The translations under genes were made by a program, and so were the position numbers. DNA of 64,000 bases from Bernardetia sp. (GTDB taxonomy: Bacteria; Bacteroidota; Bacteroidia; Cytophagales; Bernardetiaceae): NCBI GenBank assembly GCA_020630575.1, contig JAHDBD010000016.1:43155-107154 (forward strand), in the 5' to 3' direction. Position 1 is the first letter of the stretch; every line of letters begins with the position of its first letter. This document shows, piece after piece, positions 9,601 through 17,942 of this stretch. Under the pieces are notes generated by a model, which saw nothing but the letters and a program-made list of their open reading frames with translations, had not been told where the DNA came from and searched no databases.

Positions 9601-11487
9601 AAAAATGGCAGCATCACTTTCTTTTAAATATTCTCTTTGTAAAGCAGTTGGTTTTGGTTTTTTGTCTTCTTTATCAGCAGACTCTAACCACGCAGAAGCT
9701 AAAGCAAAACTACTTCCTCTGAGCAAATAATCTTTATTTTTATCACTTTGTTTCCATTGTAAAGCCTCTTTTTGCCATACATTGTGCATTCTGACATATT
9801 CTCTATCTGTATCTAATGTTCGGATTACTTCACCAAACTGCTTACTAAAATCCTTATCTACAAAATCTATCCATTGAACAGCAGCCAAAGCAGGTGGCAA
9901 CGTAGAAGGGTCAGTTTCTCTGTGCAAAACAGTAATAAAACGTTTTCCTAGCTTTTGAGCATACTCAACCTCATCAGCACAATAAGGCGACTGAATAGCA
10001 TCTGGAGAAATAACAAACAGAAAATTAGTCGCCCCTTCTATTCCTCTATAAATTTCTTGTTGAAAATCTGCACCTGAGGCAATACTTTCTTGGTCAAACC
10101 ACGTCGTTTTTCCATTAAATTGTAGTTCTTCGTTTAGCTTTCTAGCAAAATCACTATCTGTACGAGAATAAGAAACAAAAACCTCTGTGTCTAAATTTCC
10201 ACTTTTGGCTTCACTTTCTAAAATAAAATTTTCGTGCAACGGTAAAGGCTGATGTTTACTTAATTTCTGTCCTCGTTTGAGCCAAACTTTTGCTTCATCT
10301 AGTTTGTGTCCTCTCAAAAGAACAGAAGTATTATTATTTTGCCTTTCCCATTTTAAAGCATTGGTTAAAAATACTTTGTGTTTTTTGTAATGCTCTCTAT
10401 TTCGGTTTATTTCTTCTACTAATGTATCGATGTCTTTCTCAAAATCTGTCTTTTCATTCTTTGAAGTAACTTCTGTAATTATATTATCTGTAAAATCAAT
10501 ATATTGTAAGTTCTTGATTTGTGCAGGAAAGTCTTTTATTGGAACTTCTTCTATCAGCAAAGGAATAATTCTTTTGTTCAGTTTTACAGCGTATTCTAGC
10601 TCAAAAAGACAGTATTCTGAAATAATAGAATCTTTAGTAATAAAAAACAGAAAATTATCAGCTCCTTCAATTCCTCTTTCTATGGCTTTATCAAATTCCT
10701 CTCCTTTTACAATATCTCGGTTATGTGTCCAAGTCGTAATTAAATGCCTTGCCAAAGCCAAACGAACAGATTCTCTTTCTTCTTTGTCTTGAGAAGAATA
10801 TGAAATAAAACAGTCTGTCAATAAATTTTCAGCATTTTTTCGTGATTCACAAAGGTAATCAGTGTGCAATTCAGAAGGCTGACAAGGAGGTTGCTGATTT
10901 TTAAATTCTGTCAAAAGCCACTCTTCGGCTTCCTGTCTTTCCTTTCCTACTAAAAGTAAATGAGAGTCGTTGTTATGCGTTTCCCAGTTGAGGGCTTTGT
11001 CTAAAATCTCGGTGTGCTTTCTAACATATTCTTTATTCTTTTCTACTAAATTCCAAAGTCCTTCCAAGGCTTCTTCATAATTATCTATCGTTTTGTAGTC
11101 TTCTTGTGGAATATCTTTTTGCCATTCTTGGCGCATATAAACCCAGTTTATTTTTCCAATGGCTGGGTGAAGTTGCTGCCACGTTTCATCATCTGTTGGC
11201 TCAATTTGAAGAATAGGAACAATTCGTTTTCCTCTTTTTACGGCTAAATCAATTTCCTTTCTACAATACACCGAACGCACAGCATGAGGCGCAATAATAA
11301 AAACAAAAACATCTGCTTTTTCGATTCCTTCATCAATCTGATTTTGAAAATCTACACCTAATGGAATATCATTTTGGTCAAACCAAACATCATAACCTCG
11401 TTCACATAAATTATCATGCAATTTTTTAGCAAAGGCTTTTGATTCAGCTCTGCCGTAAGAAATGAAGACATTATTGAAATTTGACAT
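6652..11487 (-). CDS. giant 3xTIR - TM - coiled-coil - WD40 repeat protein
   Basis: A 1611-aa uninterrupted ORF. Three TIR units (aa ~6-120, ~226-335, ~435-545) each have a betaA 'F(I/V)SY' and an alphaC 'S-x-Y-C-x-x-E-[ILV]' (SVYCRKEI, SEYCLFEL, SPYCADEV). Each TIR is followed by a repeated linker motif (ALNWE..NDSHLLLVGKERQEAEEWL; ALKWE..NTSVLLRGHKLDEAKVWL; ALQWK..KDYLLRGSSFALASAWL). One hydrophobic helix is at aa ~644-664 (LLAVAVVALIAFVGISFYVY). A K/E/A-rich coiled coil spans aa ~670-785. At least 10 WD40 blades with GH...WD signatures span aa ~810-1400. The C-terminal ~200 aa are helical. Confidence 0.9.
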   Translation of the reverse strand: MSNFNNVFISYGRAESKAFAKKLHDNLCERGYDVWFDQNDIPLGVDFQNQIDEGIEKADVFVFIIAPHAVRSVYCRKEIDLAVKRGKRIVPILQIEPTDDETWQQLHPAIGKINWVYMRQEWQKDIPQEDYKTIDNYEEALEGLWNLVEKNKEYVRKHTEILDKALNWETHNNDSHLLLVGKERQEAEEWLLTEFKNQQPPCQPSELHTDYLCESRKNAENLLTDCFISYSSQDKEERESVRLALARHLITTWTHNRDIVKGEEFDKAIERGIEGADNFLFFITKDSIISEYCLFELEYAVKLNKRIIPLLIEEVPIKDFPAQIKNLQYIDFTDNIITEVTSKNEKTDFEKDIDTLVEEINRNREHYKKHKVFLTNALKWERQNNNTSVLLRGHKLDEAKVWLKRGQKLSKHQPLPLHENFILESEAKSGNLDTEVFVSYSRTDSDFARKLNEELQFNGKTTWFDQESIASGADFQQEIYRGIEGATNFLFVISPDAIQSPYCADEVEYAQKLGKRFITVLHRETDPSTLPPALAAVQWIDFVDKDFSKQFGEVIRTLDTDREYVRMHNVWQKEALQWKQSDKNKDYLLRGSSFALASAWLESADKEDKKPKPTALQREYLKESDAAIFALQRKEKNTIKRLRGLLAVAVVALIAFVGISFYVYRLRNNALLLNERANRNRIQAEEQRDRAKLAERDAKKALKAADEAKKETSEALVQLQEKEKKLQKALSDALNSKNFAEAKRIEAELAENKAKQAKEKAIISQKVADKESKSNAKISTALQLTEKDPTYALFLAKEAYQENPKPITKDVVFSIHRNYSFYETKYKGHTASINEIAVSPDGTILTGSSDKTAHLINSSGKRIGIAGGADRVGSADSGLSSNGELTRSIAGHKAYIGTVAFSSDGELIALGGENKITVWTKEGELIATLQNDDETAMSKVVFMPDNKHIITGDYDSYIKKWNIETQEVVAENDLKEEEITDIQITSDGKKIIVSTRKDANILDTNLEIQDYFFSDIEHVEAIDISPNDSLLVTGSWGKRRIILWKLSNISEPIFIVPTDYVKSVSFSPDGNYILAGLLNGNVQKWNLTGNLVHTFKGHQDRVSGIGFIDDKMITSSHDRTVLVWQDEGNLLQEKNIHQKSVTGLSQHPTNNNLLTSSYDKSLKLYTEDGKLIRQKEYQTTVMSSTFSKDGTKIIVGLWNKQVEIWNTDLTERKALITIPNHVRKVAISGDNKYIAIGADNTDEGKGRVFIYNTNDLTRQLVISTPKKVSAITFDPKNSKYIGIGDEQGTLQIWDIEMENIYKTLNSLYPHHIYVLNLSKEKELILVGGRNDNAILSDWNGKVKANLKGHTSFVLGGELSLNNEQIITSSTDRSIKVWDLEGNLIKTFTGHQANVNETIFSNDNKKIYSVDEDGNMKVWNTVNSPIKSNNLYTPNISDLLSIGVEPSEEEIEKANLKEIMAIITQYEKKLKEAGYSVEKYPIALKIVSLFDIALTKKGFSEKNQLNHQYALSVAIDKGLDINKKEEVLKMAQKGIDKEFSNEFFTRSAFIAFLVNDHFEEAEKIYTKYYNKSDWLEWLELDVDMLIITEITTQKQEEFFERLRIDSGIEVSD

Positions 11488-11571
11488 AGTGAAAATAAAG
11501 AACTACTAGTAATGTAAGTTTATTTTTTTTGCAAAATAACATTTATTAGCTGACATTCAAATTACTTAGTC

Positions 11572-12648
11572 TTATTCCTTTGAATATCGTTTACTTCTAA
11601 TTTCAACTAATGCTTGTTCTAGTTTTTTCACATTTGGATAATCTGGCAAAGTAGAATTTTTATAGGCTTTTTCTAACTCTTCAATTTTTCGGTCTGCTTT
11701 TTCGATAAGCTCTTCATAGGTAAAAAATCCACTTCTGATTTTTAACAATTCTTCTCTGTTTGGACGTTTTACAATGACTTCTTTTTTCTCCAAAATCTCA
11801 ATCGCCATATCTAGAAGGCGAAAAGTGTGCATCATATTTTTTGCATCGTAATTTTTGCCGTGTTCAAGTGTGTTTTCATAGCGTGTGTCATTTCGCTTTT
11901 CTACCCAATCCCAATATTGTTTGTATTCCTTGCAATGCGCTGCATAACCTTCTTTATTGAAATATAAATAAGCAATTGGTTTTTCTCCTTTCGGAATACT
12001 GCTCAAACTAACTTCATTGGATTCATTATTTTTCAAGATTCCTTTATAATAAAAGTCATTTTGCTCATTTTGATTATGATAAAAAAGCAAATACGTATTT
12101 TTGATATGATTTATTGACGAAAGTCCACAATTCTCCTGTTTGTAATCATTTGTTTTAAGCCATTTTTGAAGAGAAATACTTCCATTATCAGTCAGAATAT
12201 AGCAAAAATCTAAAACTGTTTTTCTTTCCTTTGGCATCGGATTAAAAATTTTCTTCTTTAATCCTTTTGCTTTTTTGATTTGAGTAAGGGCATAACCTGC
12301 AAAAGTATCTCTACATAATTTTGATAAAATATCTTCCGACTTTATCAAATCAAGAATTGGATTTTTGTAAAAAACATCTTCTTTTGCAGTATGAAAAATC
12401 TCAATCGCAGACGGATTATTTTTTGATAAAAGTTCTATAAAACGTTTTATTTCATAAAAAACAATGTCATTTTTTTCATCGCTCACTTGTGGAACATAGT
12501 CTAATCCATAAAATTCTTCTTTTGGTAGAATAAAAATTCCTTTTATATCTGTGTCCGAAGTTGGTAAATCTGTTCCGTAGGCTTTACTTCCTGCAAGTGC
12601 TTCTAGGAGGATTAGATTTTTTTCTTTTAGTGTTTCTAGGTTCATCAT
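11572..12648 (-). CDS. Pol-beta-superfamily nucleotidyltransferase (PF10127 / 'RlaP'-like predicted NTase)
   Basis: A 358-aa ORF. The N-terminal 'LEALAGSKAYGTDLPTSDTDIKGIF' is a G-S-x9-D-x-D nucleotidyltransferase motif. The long helical C-terminal domain is typical of this stand-alone NTase family. It lies 84 bp upstream of the TIR/WD40 gene and runs the same way. Confidence 0.7.
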   Translation of the reverse strand: MMNLETLKEKNLILLEALAGSKAYGTDLPTSDTDIKGIFILPKEEFYGLDYVPQVSDEKNDIVFYEIKRFIELLSKNNPSAIEIFHTAKEDVFYKNPILDLIKSEDILSKLCRDTFAGYALTQIKKAKGLKKKIFNPMPKERKTVLDFCYILTDNGSISLQKWLKTNDYKQENCGLSSINHIKNTYLLFYHNQNEQNDFYYKGILKNNESNEVSLSSIPKGEKPIAYLYFNKEGYAAHCKEYKQYWDWVEKRNDTRYENTLEHGKNYDAKNMMHTFRLLDMAIEILEKKEVIVKRPNREELLKIRSGFFTYEELIEKADRKIEELEKAYKNSTLPDYPNVKKLEQALVEIRSKRYSKE

Positions 12649-12931
12649 AAGTTGTAGTAATGTTTTTAAAGAATACGGAAAATTACTTCATCAAAGGAAA
12701 TAAGTGTAAATTTAAGTTCAATTTTATACTTTCTAGACTTTTTCTAGTGCTATTTTTTTAGATTTAATTTTATCATTGTTTTGTAGTAAAGGTATAAAAG
12801 GAGTTCTAAATTGAGTATTTAGAATTTCATTGTATATTTGTGCTACTAATTTTCACTACTTTAGTACATCCTAAAACTATCATATAGGACACTAAACTAG
12901 AATACAAACGTATAAAAAAGACGATAATAAT

Positions 12932-14050
12932 ATGAGATTGATAAAATTTGCTATTCTTTTTATCCTAATAACTCAGACCGTTTTTGCTCAAAAACCAATA
13001 GCCAATGAGTTTTCAGCCATCGATAAAAAAGCATTGGAACTACCTGATTCATTGACAAAAAATACTAATCTTATTGCAAATTATATTACTTCCAACTTTG
13101 TAACTGATGAAGACAAATCACGAGCAATATTTATTTGGGTTGCATCAAACATTGAATATGACATTGAAAATATGTTTGCAATAAATTTTTACGCAAAAAA
13201 AGAAGATAAAATAGCAAAATCACTTGAGACAAGAAAAGGAATTTGCGAAAATTATGCTTTATTATTTACAGATATATGTATTAAATCAGGTATTAAATCT
13301 TTTGTAATAGAAGGTTATACAAAGCAAAATGGCTTTACTGACTACATTCCTCATGCTTGGAGCGCAGCAATAATTGACAGCTCATGGGTTTTCTTTGATC
13401 CAACTTGGGGTTCTGGTTATGTAGATGGTGGAAAGTTTTTTAAGAAAATAAATAATGAATACTATAAAACTAATCCAACAACACTCATCAAATCTCACAT
13501 ACCTTTTGATTACTTATGGCAGTTTGTAAATTACCCAATAACAAACCAAGAATTTTATGAAGGTAAGATACAACAAGACAAAACTAAGCAGTTTTTTAAC
13601 TTCAAGGATACAATCCAAGTTTATGAAAAACAAAGTCATATTGAACAATTAGTTTCTACAGCATACCGTGTAGAAAAAAATGGAGTAAAAAATTCATTGA
13701 TTTTTAATCGACTTCATCGTTTAAAATTAGAAATAGAGAATAACCGAAAAATAACAATTGTAAACCTATATAATTCAGCTGTTTTTGAATATAATGATGC
13801 AATCAAAGGTTTAAATGATATTATAAATTATAGAAACCAAAGAATTACACTCAAAAAAGCTGATCCTAAAATACAGAGCCTGATTGATTTTGCAGATAAT
13901 AAAATAAAAGAGGCAAAAGGTAAATTAGACCAAATTGCAAATCCTGATGTAAACACAGCTAATATGATTCAGCAATTAACTAAATCAATAGATGATGCTT
14001 CAAAAAAATTGCAGGAGCAACAAGATTGGTTAACACTATATTTTAAGTAA
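12932..14050 (+). CDS. secreted transglutaminase-like cysteine protease-fold protein
   Basis: It has a signal peptide. The Cys-His-Asp triad context 'GICENYALLFTDIC', 'IPHAWSAAI' and 'VFFDPTWG' matches the transglutaminase-like core. The C-terminal part is a helical domain. Confidence 0.7.
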   Translation: MRLIKFAILFILITQTVFAQKPIANEFSAIDKKALELPDSLTKNTNLIANYITSNFVTDEDKSRAIFIWVASNIEYDIENMFAINFYAKKEDKIAKSLETRKGICENYALLFTDICIKSGIKSFVIEGYTKQNGFTDYIPHAWSAAIIDSSWVFFDPTWGSGYVDGGKFFKKINNEYYKTNPTTLIKSHIPFDYLWQFVNYPITNQEFYEGKIQQDKTKQFFNFKDTIQVYEKQSHIEQLVSTAYRVEKNGVKNSLIFNRLHRLKLEIENNRKITIVNLYNSAVFEYNDAIKGLNDIINYRNQRITLKKADPKIQSLIDFADNKIKEAKGKLDQIANPDVNTANMIQQLTKSIDDASKKLQEQQDWLTLYFK

Positions 14051-14340
14051 AGGTAAATTGAGACGAAAATCTATGTTTTATAAAGTAAGTTGGTTTGGTA
14101 TTCCTTTAAATTAAAAGTTGTTTATCCCCTGTTTCTAATCTTAATAGGCTTTTTTATACCCTTCACTCATTTTCAAACGAGTAAGTAACGTATATTCTAC
14201 ATCTTGTCTTGTATTTACTAGGATATAACTAAAAAAATTCAACCAACAACTTTAAACAGGAGTTAAGCACAAATTATCATTTAAGAAGTAGAAAAATAGC
14301 TATACAATGAAGGCATTACTTTTGCGTTTTGGTATAAAAT

Positions 14341-14404
14341 GTATCACAGACTTCCTAGTCTGTGCAAAATATAGTATTTCTAACAGACTAGGAAGTCTGT
14401 TTTA
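14341..14404. repeat. family C double-hairpin element (second copy)
   Basis: GTATCACAGACttcctagtCTGTG followed ~20 nt later by CAGACTAGGAAGTCTG and then TTTTAC. It sits immediately upstream of the C1 peptidase gene. The arms are the same as in 3681-3752. Confidence 0.6.
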
Positions 14405-14422
14405 CTTATAAATTCTATCCTA

Positions 14423-15850
14423 ATGAAAATTTCATTCTATAAATATAGTTCAAAATACGCTCTTTTGTGCATATTTTTGCTTACTTCTTTTTCACTTTTT
14501 GCTCAACAAAAACCAAGTTTAGATAATCATGGTAAAGGTTTGTTATTGGAAGCAGAAGTAAAAGAAAGCGAAAAAATTCAATTAAAATCTCAGCAAACAG
14601 AAGAAAGTTATCGTGGTTTGCCTTCTGCCGTTTCGCTCAAACAATACTGCCCCACCCCAGGGGATCAAGGAAGTTATGGAACGTGTGTGGGTTGGACAAC
14701 AGCGTATGCTGCAAGAACAATTTTAGAAGCTCGTCAGTTGGATTTGCGCTCACAAGCCGAAATTGACAAACTTATTTTTTCCCCTGGATTTATTTACAAA
14801 TTAGTAAAAGAAGAAGAAGACCAAGATTGTACCTATGGTGCAATTATGACCGATGCACTCAAAAAAATGCAGGTTCATGGCGTAGCAAAACGCAGTAGTT
14901 TTCCTGAGCAATGTGTTGACTATGTTCCTGAGAGAACCTACAAAGAAGCCGAAGAATATAAATTAAAAGATTATGTGCGTTTGTGGAATATTAGCTTTAC
15001 ACAAGAAGAACGAATTTTGGCACTCAAAAAAAGTTTGACAGAGGGAAATCCTGTTGTAGTAGGAATGGAAGCCCCTCCTTCAATTTATCAAGCACAAGAG
15101 TTTTGGCGACCTACTGAAATAGCTGGTCAAGGATGGGGAGGACATGCTATTTGTGTAGTTGGCTTTGATGATAAAAAAGGAGAAAGAGGTTCTTTTGAAA
15201 TAATGAACAGTTGGGGAACAGGCTGGGCAAATGGTGGTTTTACTTGGATAGAATATGATACGTTTACTGATTTTGTGCGTTTTGCTTACGAACTTGTGCC
15301 TTATTATAAACCAAAAAAAGAACGTCCTTTACTCGCTGGAAGTTTGCGTTTTGAACTTGCCAATGGAAACAAAATTGACTTAAAAAAGAATGGAGTTGCT
15401 ACTTACAAAACGCCTCAGCCTTTTAGTGGAGGAACTAATTTCCGTCTCTATCTTTCTAATTTCGAACCTGCTTATGTATATGCTTTTGCAACTGATAAAA
15501 CCAAAAATGTACAAGTTGTTTTTCCTCATAAAGCTTATATAAGTCCATTTTTGCCCTATCATAATGGCGAAATTGCTTTTCCAGACGAAAAACATTATCT
15601 AACGATGGACAATGTAGCTGGAACAGATTATTTTTGTGTTATTTATTCTCGTTATCCTTTAGATATAAATGATATTTATCAGAAGTTAGGACAACGAAAA
15701 GGGACACTTAAAGAGGGTTTAGAGCAAGTTTTGGGGAATAAATTAGTGAGTACAAATGAAGTCGCTTATTCTCAAAATGAAGTGAAATTTTCTACTAGTT
15801 CGCTAAAAGGAACAGCCGCTTTTTTTGTGGTAGAATTGGAACATAAATAA
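14423..15850 (+). CDS. secreted papain-family (C1A) cysteine peptidase with C-terminal extension
   Basis: It has a signal peptide. The active-site Cys context 'QGSYGTCVGWTTAYA' and His 'GGHAICVVGFDD' are present. The Asn/Trp context 'NSWGTGWANGGFTWIEY' is also present. About 180 aa follow C-terminal to the peptidase unit. Confidence 0.8.
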   Translation: MKISFYKYSSKYALLCIFLLTSFSLFAQQKPSLDNHGKGLLLEAEVKESEKIQLKSQQTEESYRGLPSAVSLKQYCPTPGDQGSYGTCVGWTTAYAARTILEARQLDLRSQAEIDKLIFSPGFIYKLVKEEEDQDCTYGAIMTDALKKMQVHGVAKRSSFPEQCVDYVPERTYKEAEEYKLKDYVRLWNISFTQEERILALKKSLTEGNPVVVGMEAPPSIYQAQEFWRPTEIAGQGWGGHAICVVGFDDKKGERGSFEIMNSWGTGWANGGFTWIEYDTFTDFVRFAYELVPYYKPKKERPLLAGSLRFELANGNKIDLKKNGVATYKTPQPFSGGTNFRLYLSNFEPAYVYAFATDKTKNVQVVFPHKAYISPFLPYHNGEIAFPDEKHYLTMDNVAGTDYFCVIYSRYPLDINDIYQKLGQRKGTLKEGLEQVLGNKLVSTNEVAYSQNEVKFSTSSLKGTAAFFVVELEHK

Positions 15851-16558
15851 TTTTTTTTGTATTATAAAAATATTATAAAAACACTTTTTAAAATTGTATT
15901 TATTTTATATATTTATCTGAATTAAAATAAGTTCAATTTGTATTTTTGGCTCTTTTTTCGTTGGCTATACATAACAAATTTATACAATTTTTTTTGTAAC
16001 AAATTAGTCTTTTTACAAAAAGATTATTTTAGATTGCTGTAAATTTATGGATTCTAATTATGGTATTATTTTATGCTATGCTTTTAGCAAACTGTTTTGC
16101 TTATTTAGTAAAACCTTTCAATTAGGTCTATACAAATATGATTTATTTGAACACTTTTTTCACCTCTTTCACAAGTTAAAATACCTTCTCAGAATCCACA
16201 AAAATCTGTAAATCAATAAATTAAATTGCATTTGTTGATTATAAAATTTCAAAAATCATTAAAATTCTATTCTTTAGACTACGACTTGCATTAAAAATAT
16301 AAACATATCAAGATTACAAACACCTGAAAAACAAGTATTTTTGAAAAATTATAACCTTTTCAATAAAATATTGTATTTTTAATTTGTTAGAGAAGTCATT
16401 TTTTATTACTTTTGAGAACTATCAATAAGGTCAAAGGTATGGCTTTTTATTTATTCTACAAAACACAAACCTTATTGTACTTTTCAAACCACATCAAAAA
16501 CAACTTTACTACACAACAAACAATTACTTACAAAAAAACAATAAGCTCAAATTGCCTT

Positions 16559-17743
16559 ATGTATAATGATATACCAAAAGAATTAGATGTAGTTCTTCTT
16601 ACTCATCCTAGAGATGAAGAAGATGTAGTTCGTTTATTGCCTTGGGCAAACAAAATTTCTCTTGAAGAAAAAGCTGAATTATTAGGATGTATGAGACCTG
16701 TTTTTGGAGAGGTAATCAGAACTAATAATCTGAATGTAGGAATTTTATTTATACCTAGTTTAGCTGAGAAAATAATGAACCCTGCTACACGAGGCAAGGT
16801 AAGATCATTAATAGAGAGTGAAGTAGTAAGAATGTTAATTTTGTCACGAACAAAAATAGTGTGTTTAGGAGGCTTAACAGCATCTCTATTAGGGTACGGA
16901 AGACATCTCAAAAAAACTCTTAAGGATTACCCAATCCAGATTACTACTGGGCATGCTCTTACATCAATTTCTATCTACAAAACATATAAAAAAGTGATAG
17001 ATCAGTTAGGTGTAGATATGCAAAATGAAGGTATATCTCTACTTGGAGTAGGAAGTGTAGGAACTGCTTTTGCAAGACTTTTAATAAATAAAGAAAAGAA
17101 ACTCAACTATTTGCTGCTCATAGATAAGCCTAGTAAAGAAACTGAATTAACTAATCTGAAAAAGGAATTAGAATTAATAACTAATATTCCTATTCTTTTA
17201 GAGACAACAAATAACGATGGGACTATTAAAGAGGACAGTATTATTTATGAGAGTAAGGTATTAATCAGTGCTGTAAGTAGTAAAGATGTAATACAAATTG
17301 CTGATATTCCTCCCAATAAAATATTGATAGATGATAGTCAGCCTTACTGTTGGAACAGAGAAGAAGCGTGGGAGAGAGTAATTGAAAAAAATGATATAGT
17401 CCCTTGTGAAGCAGGTCTAATAGATTGCTCTACTATAGGTTATTTGTCAGATTTTCCTTTTGATTTTGCTAATCATGATGAAAATGGAACAACTACTTCG
17501 TGGTGTTGTATGACAGAAGGACTCTTAAAACATTTGGATAATAGTCTGCCTTCAATTTTGGCAATACCATCATCAGAGCAAATAAATACTTATTATAATG
17601 CCTTTGAAAGGTTTAATTTAAGTGCTGCAACCCTTCAATGTAAAGGTAATATTTTACCAATCGGAAAACTAAAAGAAAATTTTGCTAAGGAAAAGAAAGA
17701 AGTTCATTTTACAAATTTAGGACTTTCAAAAAATATTTGTTAG
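16559..17743 (+). CDS. hypothetical protein with Rossmann-type G-x-G-x-x-G motif (putative NAD(P)-binding enzyme)
   Basis: The track ORF starts at a TTG at 16412. The first ATGs are at 16439 and 16559; I chose 16559 (MYNDIPKEL). 'LLGVGSVGTAFARLL' is a dinucleotide-binding motif. No family is confidently recognised. Confidence 0.45.
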   Translation: MYNDIPKELDVVLLTHPRDEEDVVRLLPWANKISLEEKAELLGCMRPVFGEVIRTNNLNVGILFIPSLAEKIMNPATRGKVRSLIESEVVRMLILSRTKIVCLGGLTASLLGYGRHLKKTLKDYPIQITTGHALTSISIYKTYKKVIDQLGVDMQNEGISLLGVGSVGTAFARLLINKEKKLNYLLLIDKPSKETELTNLKKELELITNIPILLETTNNDGTIKEDSIIYESKVLISAVSSKDVIQIADIPPNKILIDDSQPYCWNREEAWERVIEKNDIVPCEAGLIDCSTIGYLSDFPFDFANHDENGTTTSWCCMTEGLLKHLDNSLPSILAIPSSEQINTYYNAFERFNLSAATLQCKGNILPIGKLKENFAKEKKEVHFTNLGLSKNIC

Positions 17744-17942
17744 ACCAAAGAGTATTTTATTTTGCTTAGAGTTTATAAACCCTAAACTAAGACCTAAACT
17801 AGAAAAAAACGAGTTCACACAGTGAAAACTTGGTGCTGTTATTAATTTGCTAAAACACTAAAATTAAGATAACAAAAAAGGTAAACTTCCTTTTTAAAAA
17901 AATTCTCTTTTTATTTTAACTCTAATTTTACTTTTAACTTTT

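Noticed and set aside
7016-10792. Five plus-strand ORFs (7016-7318, 7334-7558, 8648-9025, 9204-9458, 10430-10792) inside the TIR/WD40 gene
   Set aside because: All are antisense to an uninterrupted 1611-aa ORF with clear domain structure. Their products are low-complexity (L/F/S-rich), as expected from the antisense of AT-rich coding sequence. No independent start or terminator signals are seen.
6652-11487. Idea that the WD40 giant is a TEP1-like third vault component (MVP and PARP both being present)
   Set aside because: TEP1 is defined by TROVE + NACHT + WD40. This protein has TIR x3 + TM + coiled coil + WD40 and no P-loop NTPase or TROVE signature. A WD40 array alone is not specific.
5342-12931. 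Looked for mobile-element boundaries (integrase, transposase, tRNA, direct repeats) around the NTase-TIR-WYL cluster
   Set aside because: None were found in the window. The only repeat is a family A element internal to the cluster (6445-6500). Accessory status is inferred from gene content only.
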